Below are positions 41,301 through 52,955 of a stretch of 64,000 nucleotides of DNA, in pieces (position 1 is the first letter of the stretch; the number at the start of each line of letters is the position of its first letter). The stretch is taken from NCBI GenBank assembly GCA_904063045.1, contig CAJFCJ010000002.1, positions 1,386,422-1,450,421 of the forward strand. The letters run 5' to 3'. Below the pieces are notes generated by a model, which saw only the letters and a list, made by a program, of their open reading frames with translations, had not been told where the DNA came from and did not search any database. The position numbers and the translations under genes are program-made. The DNA comes from Dimorphilus gyrociliatus. Taxonomy: Eukaryota; Animalia; Annelida.

Positions 41301-43303
41301 AATATTTTCTATTTTTATTTCAAATAGTTCATCGGTCTGAAGTTGGCGATTAGTAAATAATATTGCGCCAGCCTCCTTATTGTAGGAATCCGTTCGCCAG
41401 GCGATTCGTTTGTCAATACCTAGTTCAGCTCCAGAGCTGTGGACTTCGTGAAATTGCAAAGGTATATGTTGTTGATTCGTATTCTCATTGTTTGTTGACT
41501 CGGTTTGGCGATTGTCTAAAAGGTCTATTAAAAAAACATTATTTATAATTAGGATAAAGAAATATCATAGCTACCATTCGAAGGTGGGGAATATCCAAAG
41601 TCACTATCTCGAATTATTGAATTATAATTGTTTAATCTTGCAGATCTTTCGATTGTATCTCCTCTTATCTGTCGTCTCAACTCTGGTTTTCGAGTTGGTA
41701 TAGGATGTGAAATAAACGTTCGCACGGACCTTGTCCTTGGTGGAATTTCAAACGAATCCTCCGAAACTATTGTTACTTTAACAGTCATTCCGTACAAATC
41801 GACTACTCCCCAAACCTTAGTGGGAGCAATATTAGAGGTCGCTTCCCCCTGATCTATACCATTTATATAGTAATGAAGAACACCAGAAGGTTTTCGACGA
41901 AGACCAATTCTATCGCCAACTTTGAGATCATCCAAATTGTGATCGCCATATTCTCGACGAGTCCCTTTACCATTAACCAAAATGCCGCAGCCACTCATCA
42001 TTATTGTGCCAGATCTCATGTTTGTCATTGTTGCAGGAAATTCAAGGCGGGACGGATCATGAGTAGTGATACCCACCTCAATAGAACCTGACCACTTGCT
42101 GACCAATTTATCAATACGGATCTAATAAATTGAAATGAAATTAAAGGAGTATCTTAAAAAAATAGTCCTCAAACCTCAAACAATTCGTTGTCTTTCAAAG
42201 GTCTATTAGTCATAACTACACCATTATTGAATTCGTCGTTCGCTCTCCGCCTCTCAGCAGTTAATTTTCCATTTGTATATTGTATTAGACTACCACATCG
42301 TTGGTGAAAAGTTAATTTTTCATTTGAATCATCTTGAGCGGCTCGACAGAGTGCCTCATTTGTCAATTGGCTAGATAGAACTGTAAATTTAGCAGTTAAA
42401 TTTTTAATAATATAAAAAATATGCATAGCTAACGCTCTATTGATTGAGAAAATCCGTCGACGATTGAAACTTTTACACATTTTCCATAAATATCAACTAC
42501 ACCATAAAGAAAAGGCGGTACGTAATTGATAGCTTCTCCTAAACATTCTCCGTTTATATAAAAATACAAAGCTCCTTGAGCACTACGCATCACTCCTATT
42601 CTATCTCCTTTCATCAAAGAATCTAAGTCTGTTCCGTATTCATGTCTAAAAGTTTGACCATTTTTTAATAGTGACTTTCCTGATAAAATCCAAGAATTTT
42701 GTGTAAAACCAGTTGCGCTGGCTGGAATCTCCAAATTGTTTACATTTGATGAAATGACACCAATTTCTATGGAACCACTCCAGGAGGTAATCTTTCAAAA
42801 GCAAAAATTGAATATTAGATGATTTGATGAAGTAATGAATTTTTCAAGAGCTGTTTTGTTTCTAGAAAAGCCTACAAACTATAAATTCTTTTTACAAGGA
42901 CAAATAGTTTCAAAAACTGTTCTATGTTTATGCAATAGGTTTTTTTTAGCATAATAAACCATCTGGTAGACTGATTTGATCTGGGGGATATTTTTTATAG
43001 ATAAAATCAAAGATCGGTTGGTGAATTCGATAAATCAAACAGTAGATTGCAAAATGAGTTACATAACTTTTCTATTTAGATAAATAATCTCATAAAGAAA
43101 AAGTCTTAGAATGGAAATAAGAGTTTGAGTAGTCAACACACCATTTTTTCGATTTTCACTTCAAACACTGCATCATCTTTCAATGGGTCTGCGCTTAAAA
43201 CAATCCCGTTATTAAATTCATGTGCTGATCTCTCACGAATTGCTGTTCGTCTGTCATCTGTTAATTTAACCAAACTACCACATTTCTTGTGAAATTGGGC
43301 CAT
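38393..43303 (-). CDS. NEURL4: Neuralized-like protein 4 (tandem NHR domains)
   Basis: Repeated NHR motifs (FH.RCG..., FNNGVV.TNRPL...[22 protein letters not shown]); C-terminal [45 protein letters not shown]. Confidence 0.93.
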
Positions 43304-44060
43304 TTGGTTTCTTTTGTAATATTTTTCGTCTGCTCTAATTTTTCCGTTTCCGCTGTTGAAATATTTAACCGGTTACCGGATTACCAATGATTCAAACAAC
43401 AAACCGGTCAAAATTTCGAATGTTTAATGTTGAAACTTGTATAAATCGATAAGAATTATATCGCTCGATAACAACGTCACTACAGATCACTTATCCATAA
43501 ATTGTACAATCCGATTATACATTTAATACTGAATTATATAACATGAAGAGTTAGCCAGAAAATTTTCTAATTCCAAAACATACACAGTACATAAGTATCA
43601 CTCTGTTACTTTCCTTCATCTTTCAAAGGATTTAATAGCTTTTTTCACAGAAGTACTTTTTGAGTATTTAAAAGATGAAGGTATTTTCCGAAATTTTCTT
43701 TACTTTTGAAGAATTTGTATCTCTTGGACATGCGCACTAAACAGGAAATACGACGATTGAATGGTGGACGAGGCAACATCGACGTGGATGTTCTATTCGA
43801 TTTAAAGCGATCACTATAGTTTTCATTATATATCGACAGTACGATTTGGTAAAAATAGTGATCGATTACAAAGAAGCCCATATTTATTTCGTCTGTTCAT
43901 TCGAGTTACGTGTGATCCGGCTTTTTGTTTTCTTTAATTCCATAAATCAGGTAGAGTGTTATTATTTGAAAAATATCGCTTAAACTTAAATATAAAAAGA
44001 AGAGTACTTTTATCTAATTGTTAACCTTCTTTCTTTAGGAATTCCGTTAATTTTGCAAAC

Positions 44061-44174
44061 ATGATCACCGACGTACAACTTGCTATCTTCGCAAATGTTA
44101 TGGGAGTTCTTCTCTTCATGTTAGTGGTTTTATACCACTACATTAGCGTAAATAATCCAAAGAAGTTGGAATGA
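44061..44174 (+). CDS. OST4: Oligosaccharyltransferase subunit 4 (37 aa)
   Basis: [37 protein letters not shown]; below the ORF-track cut-off; flanked by a 5'UTR intron and a 3'UTR intron (GT at 44196). Confidence 0.95.
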   Translation: MITDVQLAIFANVMGVLLFMLVVLYHYISVNNPKKLE

Positions 44175-44917
44175 TTTGGACGGAAGACGATTTAGGTAAT
44201 ATTTTTTTTACTCAGACGTTAGTAATAAGATGAAAAATGTATAATTTCGTATTGATCATCCATACATGAAGATTATATATTTGTTTATTTAGTATACATA
44301 TATACATACAACACAAGTAATAAGTCGGCCTTTGCATCAGAGAGGTTAATTAGTGAATTTCTAAGTAAATATAGAAATAATTCAACAATTTTAAACTTTA
44401 TTGAATACCAAAGAACTTTTCTAACCAATAATTTATTACTACAATTGAAAATTGCCTTACTTTGATAAATATAAAATATATAAATTATGGCAACGAGCAA
44501 AAAGCTGGTATTGTTTTTATACGGTCGATTATACTCTACAGTCGCTATTTACACTTAAACAGTTGACATCGTTATGACAAGCATATATATATATATATAT
44601 ATAGAATTGTATTTAATATTGCTAATTTAACCATTTTCCCACAGGTACTGGTGTTTAGAAAAGGAAAAAAAACTAAAAAAAAGTGACTAGCTGACAATAA
44701 ACTACACATTGACTCGTTGAAAAATGTTTCTTTTTTGTCCGACGATAATAATGTTTCTTTAATAAATTATTTTACATACGTAAAATACATCAATAACTTT
44801 CTATTGACGTCATAATCTTACCTTTCCATACATTATAATTTTCGATAATATCCGTTCAATACACCACGGCAACGCATACGCTTAGTCGTCCAGATTGAAA
44901 GTGACAAGCGCTCGTGA

Positions 44918-47797
44918 ATGATGAACAGTGAGTTCAAAAGTAGCAAAATATTTAAAGCTATTAAGGATTTTAACTCTGGCACACCTAATTTAATAACTGA
45001 ATATATATATGATGGTGAAGATCCTTGCTTGAAAAATGAATACGGAGATACGTTCTTACATTCCTTATGTGATGTCGAAATAACTGAAGATAATCTTGGC
45101 GAAGTTGTGTCGTGTATTTACCGATTGATATATGCAGGATGTGATTTAAATTGCAGAGATGCAGACGGAAACACCGTTGTTCATGTTGCGGTAATGAACG
45201 AAGTTCATCCACGTATAACTCACGCTCTACTAAGATGCGGAGTAGATCCATTTTCCATTCACGAAGAGAGTAGAAACGTTAAGAATATTGCAAATGGACG
45301 AACGAAAAAGGTGCTTAAGCAATTTCATCCTGGTATTTGGAAAGCGGTTTCTAAAGAGAATGCTGATAAAGTAACGGAACTGGTATCCTATTGGTCAAAC
45401 TTGAATATTGTTCACGACGACGTTTCACTACTTGAGTTGGCCGAACAAATTGGCAATCCAAAAATAATTCACATTCTCAGTAGATCAAAACATAGTAATG
45501 AGTTTATATTCGCTGCCCTGGCAAATGATGTTAGGAGAATGAGAGAATTGTATAAACACTATAAACCTGATTTAAATCCGAAGGATATCAGTTCGATCGG
45601 TGAAAGTGATATTCGGGAGAGACCTTTATTATATGAATTAGTATTTTTAGGAAACTACGAAGCAGCTAAATTCTTAATTAAAAGAGGAGCAGATTTATGT
45701 TTGTTTCCCTACTAATTACTTTTTATTCCTTTATTCTTATTTATAGATAATCCATATCTATTTAGGTATAGAAGTTACGACTCCTGATTGGACGAAATTA
45801 CCACTTTTTGCCTATATTCTTCATCAGTCTGAAAATTTGCCATCAAACTTTTTAAGAAGTGTTCTTGAGAATATAGATTTCTCTAAAACTTCATTGACAA
45901 CCAGCGATATTCTCTACGAATGTTGGAAATCTAATATGGACCCTGAAGTAGCTTCTATACTTCTCGAAGACGATCGTTGTTTAGCTCATAGAGATGAATT
46001 AGGGTAAGTCAATGATCATTTACTTTTTACTTTTTAATGCCCTAAATAATCGATAATCTCTCATTGTTTTTCTGTCATTGTCATCAGATATACAGTTCGT
46101 GAGCGAATTTTCCTAGAAATTCATAATCAAGAACGAGAAATAATTGAAAAGAATTTACAATTTATTGACCGCCATATCTGTAAGATGGCGAAAAATGGCG
46201 AATTAGAAAAGTAAGGTTGAAACTATCAGCAAAGTAGTTAGTTAAATTAATTTATATTTTAAAATGACTAATAGATTTCAAGGTATGGCTTTAGATGGAT
46301 ATGAGCATTTTTCAATTAAACATGAGAATGGTAAATCTCTTATGAGTATTGCTAAGAAGTATGAACGAGATGGCGTGCTGAAATTTCTAATGGATTTCCC
46401 CGATTTTTGGGTAAATAGCAAGTAGCTCTCTTCTGCTATAAGTGAAATCTAAACAAAATATAATATACCTATAGAGAAAATCCAATAAATTGCATAAAGC
46501 GATCGTTAGTGGAGATATAAAAGCTGTTAAAGAATTATCAGACGAAGATACAGTAAGGTGGCGTAATAAATCTGGAAGACAAGCAATACACGTTGCAGTT
46601 TTATATGAAAGGATTTTCATTGTTAAATACTTACTGAGACTATTTCCCTCCTGCAGTCAGCATAAAGATTTTGTAAGCCTAATATATATTATTCACTTTT
46701 CTCTCTGTTTTGCTCTCTCTCTCTCTCTCTCTCTCTGTAAATCTTTCTAAATAGAAATTGTATATAACGATTGTGTCATTGTCTACTGCACTTTTCTAAT
46801 TTTTTATTCCAAATAGAATTTTCGAACTGCACTACACTACGCCCAAGCTTTGAAAGGTGGTGAGAATATAATCAACGAATTGCTTAATCGCGATTGTGAC
46901 GAAATGGAAATGGATATTGTAATAACTGAATAATTATCAATAATAGATTAAAATGTTATTTATTATTTATATACTACAGAATGGATTAAAACCGGATCAT
47001 TATACTACTCATCACTTTGATTCCTTTATTGAAACTGAGAAAGAAACCAAATACGGATTAGAAACAAATCTGATCTATACATATCGGCTGTTGAGAGAGG
47101 CTATTGAATCGGATTGTTTACAAGATGTACAAGAAATAATCGATAAACAATTCGATTTCGAATTGAATGAAATCCACGTCTATCTGGATGACAAAGGGGG
47201 TTCTACTTATACAAATCTCCTAGAGTTATGCGTTGAATATAACAGAGACGCGATAGGAGAGTTTTTAATAAACAATCAACTTGATATTTATGTTCCATAT
47301 AGAGTGAGTATTATTCTTTCTCTCTCTTTCTCTCTCTCTCTCTCTCGTATAGATTTATTATCTGTAAAGAGTTCTCTAAGCTAATCTTTTCCGCGAATTA
47401 GTCTGGCGCTAAATCAGAAGTTGTTCCTTTGTTATCCAAGTGTAAGGAGAAGAGTTTAGTGGCTATGGAAGTGGCTATATTAAAAAAACTAGGTAAATAT
47501 AATGAACCTAAAGCGGAACCTGTTGCGGATACTAATGAAGAATCTCCAAAAAAAGAACCTAAAGCCCAAACGTCAACCTCTCAGTCTAGACCTAGTAGCC
47601 GCAATTCTCTTGAATCGGGGCCAAGCGACGAATTGGAAAGATTACGACAAACTCCAGACTCATCAATTAAGCCTACAATTAATCATCAGCCGCAACAGAA
47701 AATCGAAGAAGATAAAAATGAAAAAACAGATAAAGAGCATGAAAATGAAAAGAATTGTCAAACGCCTCCCCGTAGCTCATCGTGTATTTTGCTATAG
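44918..47797 (+). CDS. Ankyrin-repeat protein with C-terminal CaaX motif (multi-exon)
   Basis: ANK motifs GDTFLHSL, DADGNTVVHVAV, GRQAIHVAV, RTALHYA; charged tail ending SSCILL*. Confidence 0.8.
46713..46736. repeat. (CT)n microsatellite in an ankyrin-gene intron
   Basis: About 12 CT units; a second imperfect tract at ~47319-47346. Confidence 0.9.
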
Positions 47798-47838
47798 AAT
47801 TGAACGCACATAAACAAACACAAACACACTCCTACACA

Positions 47839-49220
47839 CTAAAACGGGATATTAAAAGGATATTCAGGATGTTCGACCATTCCTTTCCTGTAACGAAAAT
47901 TAATCGGAAATTATATTTTATTTCTTTATATAAAAAAACCTAAAAAAGAAAACAAGGATAACTTACTGCCAATCCTGCTTAAAGATTCGCAATCCTTTAT
48001 CCAAACTTTTCAACTTTTTACGACTATCCTCATCGAGTTTAAAATCAAAAATCTATAAGAAGCACAAGAAGAATTATTTGGCCGCACATTAACTTTTTCT
48101 TTATTTATTTATTTTACTTTTAGTTTTGTTTTTTTGTTTTTTTTTAAATAAAAAAGAGAAAACTTACGTCAAGATTTTCAGAGATGCGTTTTAGAGTAAC
48201 TGATTTCGGAATTATAGCAATATTTCTTTCGAGTAGTGAACGTAAGAGAATTTGCGCTGGAGTCTTTTTGTATTTCTCGGCAATTTCTTTAACAATAGGA
48301 CAAATTAATGGATTTGTATCGGCGTCTTGTGGCCTAGAAATAGAGGTAATTGATAAATATGCCAAAGAGAAATAGAGACGCTACCTAAAAGAGGCTCCTG
48401 GAGCTGCTAGAGGAGAGTAAGCGGTTACGGTTATACCGTTATCCTGGCAAAACTTGACAAGATCCCATTGTTGAAAAAAGGAATGGATTTCTATTTGATT
48501 ATTGGCTATAGGAATTCTAGCAACTTTATTAATTCTTTCTATTTGTTTACTATTGAAATTCGATACTCCAATCGATTTCGTTAAGCCAGCATCAACTAAA
48601 TTCTCCATACCACGCCATACAACTTCGCAAAGATCAGCATTGGAGAATTTTCCATTGCCATTCTCATCAATAGGATTTAACTCGTCCTCAGTTGTAAACT
48701 TTTTACAGAGCAAAACAAAACAGAAAAATGTTTCTATTATTTTTTTTAGTTAATAGGCGAACTTTGCATGAACTTACTTGTCTTCCTATCGGAAGATGAA
48801 CAAGATAAAGATCAACATAATCTAATTTTAAATTCTTTAGACTACGTTGTATTCCTTGCTTAATTCTCTCTTTACTTTCCATATAATTATGCCAAAGTTT
48901 TGTTGTGACAAATATATCGTCTCTCTTCAATTTTCCATTTTGAAAGTACTCTTGAAGAATTTCCCCAATAACGTGTTCATTGTTATAAATGAGCGCTGTA
49001 TCAATTTTCCTATAACCCGCATCAAGGGCCGATCTTAGAGCAACTTTTAATTCTTCTTCATCGTTTGCCTGTGGAGTCACAACAAATCATAAAATAAGAA
49101 TCATCGTAAGATGATGGAATAGCCTTTTACCAGAAATGTTCCATAACCCAAAATAGGCATTTTTCTGCCGGTGGGTAATTGTAAATCCAGAGCTGCTTGC
49201 GTTTCTTTTGAGGGTGACAT
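47839..49220 (-). CDS. Aldo-keto reductase family 1-like
   Basis: MPILGYGTF, AGYRKIDTALIYNNE, DIFVTTKLW, LDYVDLYLVHLP, KSIGVSNFN, TAYSPLA, KTPAQILLR, IIPKSVT, HPEYPF. Confidence 0.93.
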
Positions 49221-49410
49221 ATTTTAAATATACTTCTTTTCTATGGTATTTTCTATATTATTTCAATCTAAACTTAGTATTTGAAACTGCTCAAATGCTT
49301 TTTGTGTATTTCAAAAAAAAAGCTTCGTCATATGAACAAAGGTCAATGGTGTATAATCGATACAAGTAAACGGCCTAGATTTGACATTTTGCGCCATCTA
49401 TCGAAAGTCA

Positions 49411-51450
49411 CTAGTGTTTTTCACGAGTTGATCGCGATTTGGAGTGGTCTTTAGCGGCAGCTTCGGCTTCTTTTCTTCGCCGGACATTTAAAGGATTTCG
49501 AGGATCGTAGAGTTCGTATCTATCAAGCTCTTTGACATTCGCATCAATTACTTTACGATTATGCTCTTCGAAACTTAGAGTATGTGTCATCCACTGGAAT
49601 TCATCTTCTTCGTTATCCTCCTCTACTGGTCCAAGAAGAGTTTTCATCTTCTTTACAGATTCTAGTTTATTCTGAAATTTCGACAGCATTTTCATAGTTT
49701 CCTTCTCACGATCAGAACCTTTCTTGACAAATTGTCTTTCTTCCCTTTGTTTTTGCCTCTTTTGTCGGTATTCCTTCACGACATCATCAACTTCTATTTT
49801 ATTGAGATTGTATTAGTTAAAAAGTTGAATCATAGTAAAACCGCAAAATTATACAGTATAAATTTTACCTTCTTCGCTTGAGGATGATTCTTCATTTTGA
49901 TTCTTAAAAGCTGAATTTCTCTTTTCAATAATCTCCATTTTTAGTTTTTCCTGCTCTTTTCGCATCTGTTCCCTAGGGACAAATAGCATAAAATTAGTTA
50001 TCTTAACTGATTGTACTCTATTTATTACAATTTTAATCTTTTTTTCTTTTCAGGATTATATTCGTCATCATCGTCTTCTTCTTCTTCTTCTTCTTCTTCT
50101 TCATCCCTTCGCTCTTTTACCCTTTTAAGTTTTCGATCTTTTTTTCCTGGTTTACTTTTCACTTCATAAGGGTCTATTTCGGTTTTTTTCTTCAATTTTT
50201 CAGATATTCTAGCTTTCATCGCTTTCCTTTCTTCTTCATCTTCTGTATCCTTTTTTTTTTAAAGAGAACGTGGTTAAAAATAGTTAGTGACGGTATTTGA
50301 AATAAAGCCTTACCTCTTCACTATCCGTGAATTTCTTACGAGTTTGAGCTTTTTCTATATCTGCGTCAAAAGCTGCTGCAGCTGTTAGTTTTTCCGTAAT
50401 TGTATTACCAACTTCACTGTGTATACTTTTATCTTTATTCAAATTATTTTCCTAAGAATAGAAGAATACATTCTAAAAATAATTAGGCAAAATGAATATA
50501 AGTACTGTATATTAATTACCGTAGTAAAAGCTTCATTTTCCCTTTCATCTTCTTCAGCTTCTTCTCCAAAAGATAGTAAACTAAAATTTCTATTCAAAAT
50601 AAAAGAAATATTACAGTAATTCTATTTGTTATTATTCAAAAAGTAATAAACAAACTTTGTGGCCTTAGATTTGGAAGTTTTAACTTTTTCTTGTTTCTCC
50701 GACTTTTTAGCTATTTCCCTAGGCTCTATATCGTCGAATGGATTGGACAGTATCTATTGAATATGTATTCAGTCTTTTGCAATGATTCCTTTAATTAAAG
50801 AAATTGAATTTTATTACCTCTGTTTTTATTATCTTATAAGGATTCAACGGACGTTCGTTAGAATCTGTCGGACTATCACCAAGTTTGATCATATTGTATA
50901 TAGTATTTCCAGCCACCTGTAGATGAAATAGAGAAAATAGTATTGCTTTTTAAATTTATTTTTAAGGACTTTCTGTTCTTTTTACCTTTCCAAATATTGT
51001 ATGTTTATTGTTCAATTCTCTAGCTTCTCCAAGAGTAAAGAAAAACTGACTACCATTGTCATCCTTCCCAGAATTGGCCATTGCTAATAATCCTCGTCGA
51101 ACGAATCGTAAACGAGTATGAAATTCATCTTTGAAAGGTTCTCCATAAATTGAATCACCCCCTTCTCCTGTTCCTGTAGGATCTCCCCCTTGTACTATGA
51201 AGTCCTTAACCATGCGGTGGAATATTGTATCATTGTAATAACCTTCCATACATAATTGAACAAAGTTTCTGCATGCTTTTGGACATTCTTTTGACCATAA
51301 CTCAACATCAATATCGCCGGCTGTTGTAACTAATAGGACCTATAATACAAGTACTTGCAATATCGCTCACATATATTCAATACAACTTAAAATCTCTTGC
51401 TTACAAACCTTTCCTCGGGTCGGGGGTTCATTAATATAAATATTACTCAT
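49411..51450 (-). CDS. CWC27: Spliceosome-associated cyclophilin CWC27
   Basis: MSNIYINEPPTRGK|VLLVTTAGDIDVELWSKECPKACRNFVQLCMEGYYNDTIFHRMVKDFIVQGGDPTGTGEGG..NGSQFFFTL; C-terminal YELYDPRNPLNVRRR. Confidence 0.95.
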
Positions 51451-51526
51451 ATTCTAATAAAAAATTTAAAACACAAGCAAGACAACTACGACTCGTAGCA
51501 TAAACCGCCAAATTGATTGAGTCGGT

Positions 51527-52054
51527 AGAGTCACCTAGTGTTTTTTCTCACTTAGTTCCGAATGATTCCAATAGATGTCACAAAAGACTGGTTTTTTATA
51601 CAGATTCTTTTCAAAGAAGTGGTTGACAAAGTAGGATATTCGATTGAGAACTAAGCCAAGACAAAGAAGGTATAATCCAAATACAACTCTCTTAAGCGGT
51701 TTCCTTATAAAATTAGTTTTATAATCTTAATTTTCCTTTAACGAATTAGCAAGAAGTTTTAAGAAATTAAATACACATTCGCGAAAAAATTAAATAAATG
51801 CGAATTAACAATCGAATAAGTAAACCTTAAAGTTGTGATTTTTGATAATGAACTTGAACTTTTTAATTTTTATCCTGTCAATCTAGTTCAAGAATTCTTA
51901 TACTTTTGTTTTGTAATTGTACGTATAAGATAATGAAAAACTAAACATTGGAAGGAATAGGAATTCTTACAGTTATCAGAGTCATCTAGTGTATACAAAA
52001 GTTGATATTACAGGTATTTTCTTCCCCGATAGATGTCAGAATAGACTGGTTTTT
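51527..52054 (+). repeat. Two copies of a bipartite element (51527-51596 and 51978-52054) built from CTCF-like motifs
   Basis: AGAGTCA(C/T)CTAGTGT (14/15 identical), a 29/36-nt unrelated spacer, then ATAGATGTCA(C/G)AA(A/T)AGACTGGTTTTT (24/26 identical). Confidence 0.75.
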
Positions 52055-52082
52055 CCAACATTCTATTTTCGCATTGAGTCTA

Positions 52083-52097
52083 CTTCTAGAACATTCT
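52083..52097. promoter_or_regulatory. Three-unit heat shock element cTTCtaGAAcaTTCt
   Basis: Perfect nTTCnnGAAnnTTCn ending 5 nt before the SGT1 ATG. Confidence 0.45.
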
Positions 52098-52101
52098 GAA
52101 A

Positions 52102-52728
52102 ATGGCGACTGGAGAGTCCAGTGGTGTCGTTATTGAGGAACTTCCTCCCGAACCAGTTAAACCTGCTGTAAAGCACCAGTTTTACGAAACCGAAACCCAT
52201 GTCGTTGTTTCGCTGTTTATAAAGGGGACAAAGCGGGAGGAAGTTTTAACAAACTTCACCGAGAATTCTATGACCGTTGATTGGAATGATCTTCATTGGG
52301 AAGTCAAGTTAAAACATGAAGTTGTTCCTGATCAATACGTGCTCAAATGCCTATCAACTAAGATAGAAATCAAAGCGAAGAAATTATCTGGCGCTCATTG
52401 GGGAAAACTGGAAAGAGAGGAAGAAAAACTTGATGTCCATAAATACCCATCATCTTCTCATTATACTAGGTCTAACGATCATTGGGACAAATTAACCAAT
52501 GAAGTGAAGAAGGAGGAAGAAGAAGAAAAGTTGGACGGTGACCAAGCACTGAACAAAGTTTTCCAAAAAATATATTCGGATGGCACAGATGAAGTGAAAA
52601 AAGCTATGATGAAATCATTCCAGGAATCAGGAGGAACAGTTTTGTCCACTAACTGGAAGGAAATTGGTAAAGAGAAAACCGAAGTTAAACCACCAGATGG
52701 AATGGAGTGGAAAACATGGCAACAGTAA
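52102..52728 (+). CDS. SUGT1: SGT1 homologue, CS plus SGS domains, no TPR; intronless CDS
   Basis: CS domain KHQFYETETHVVVSLFIKG..TKIEIKAKK; SGS domain YPSSS..WDKL..GDQALNKVFQKIYSDGTDEVKKAMMKSFQESGGTVLSTNWKEIG..PPDGMEWK. Confidence 0.93.
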   Translation: MATGESSGVVIEELPPEPVKPAVKHQFYETETHVVVSLFIKGTKREEVLTNFTENSMTVDWNDLHWEVKLKHEVVPDQYVLKCLSTKIEIKAKKLSGAHWGKLEREEEKLDVHKYPSSSHYTRSNDHWDKLTNEVKKEEEEEKLDGDQALNKVFQKIYSDGTDEVKKAMMKSFQESGGTVLSTNWKEIGKEKTEVKPPDGMEWKTWQQ

Positions 52729-52955
52729 ACTGTTCATTGGCTTGTTTTTTATCAAAGTTTCTTATAGGCCTAAATTCTTTACTTTTCTAGAAAAAATAAT
52801 AACCAACCAGGTATTTGTTCTTCTCATAAATCTATATAATAGCTAAATGATGCAATTAATGAGAATAAATCTTGAGCTGATGAACAAAAAATTTATTATT
52901 TGAATTTTTGTTTACAATTTTACACAATTTTGTTTTCCATTATCAAAGGACACAA

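Noticed and set aside
43540-43881. 78-aa - ORF and short + frames between NEURL4 and OST4
   Set aside because: Every splice combination I tried hit stop codons; more likely bidirectional promoter sequence.
51540-51600. Y RNA or Pol III RNA reading of GACTGGTTTTTT
   Set aside because: No convincing 5' stem partner in both copies and no A/B boxes.
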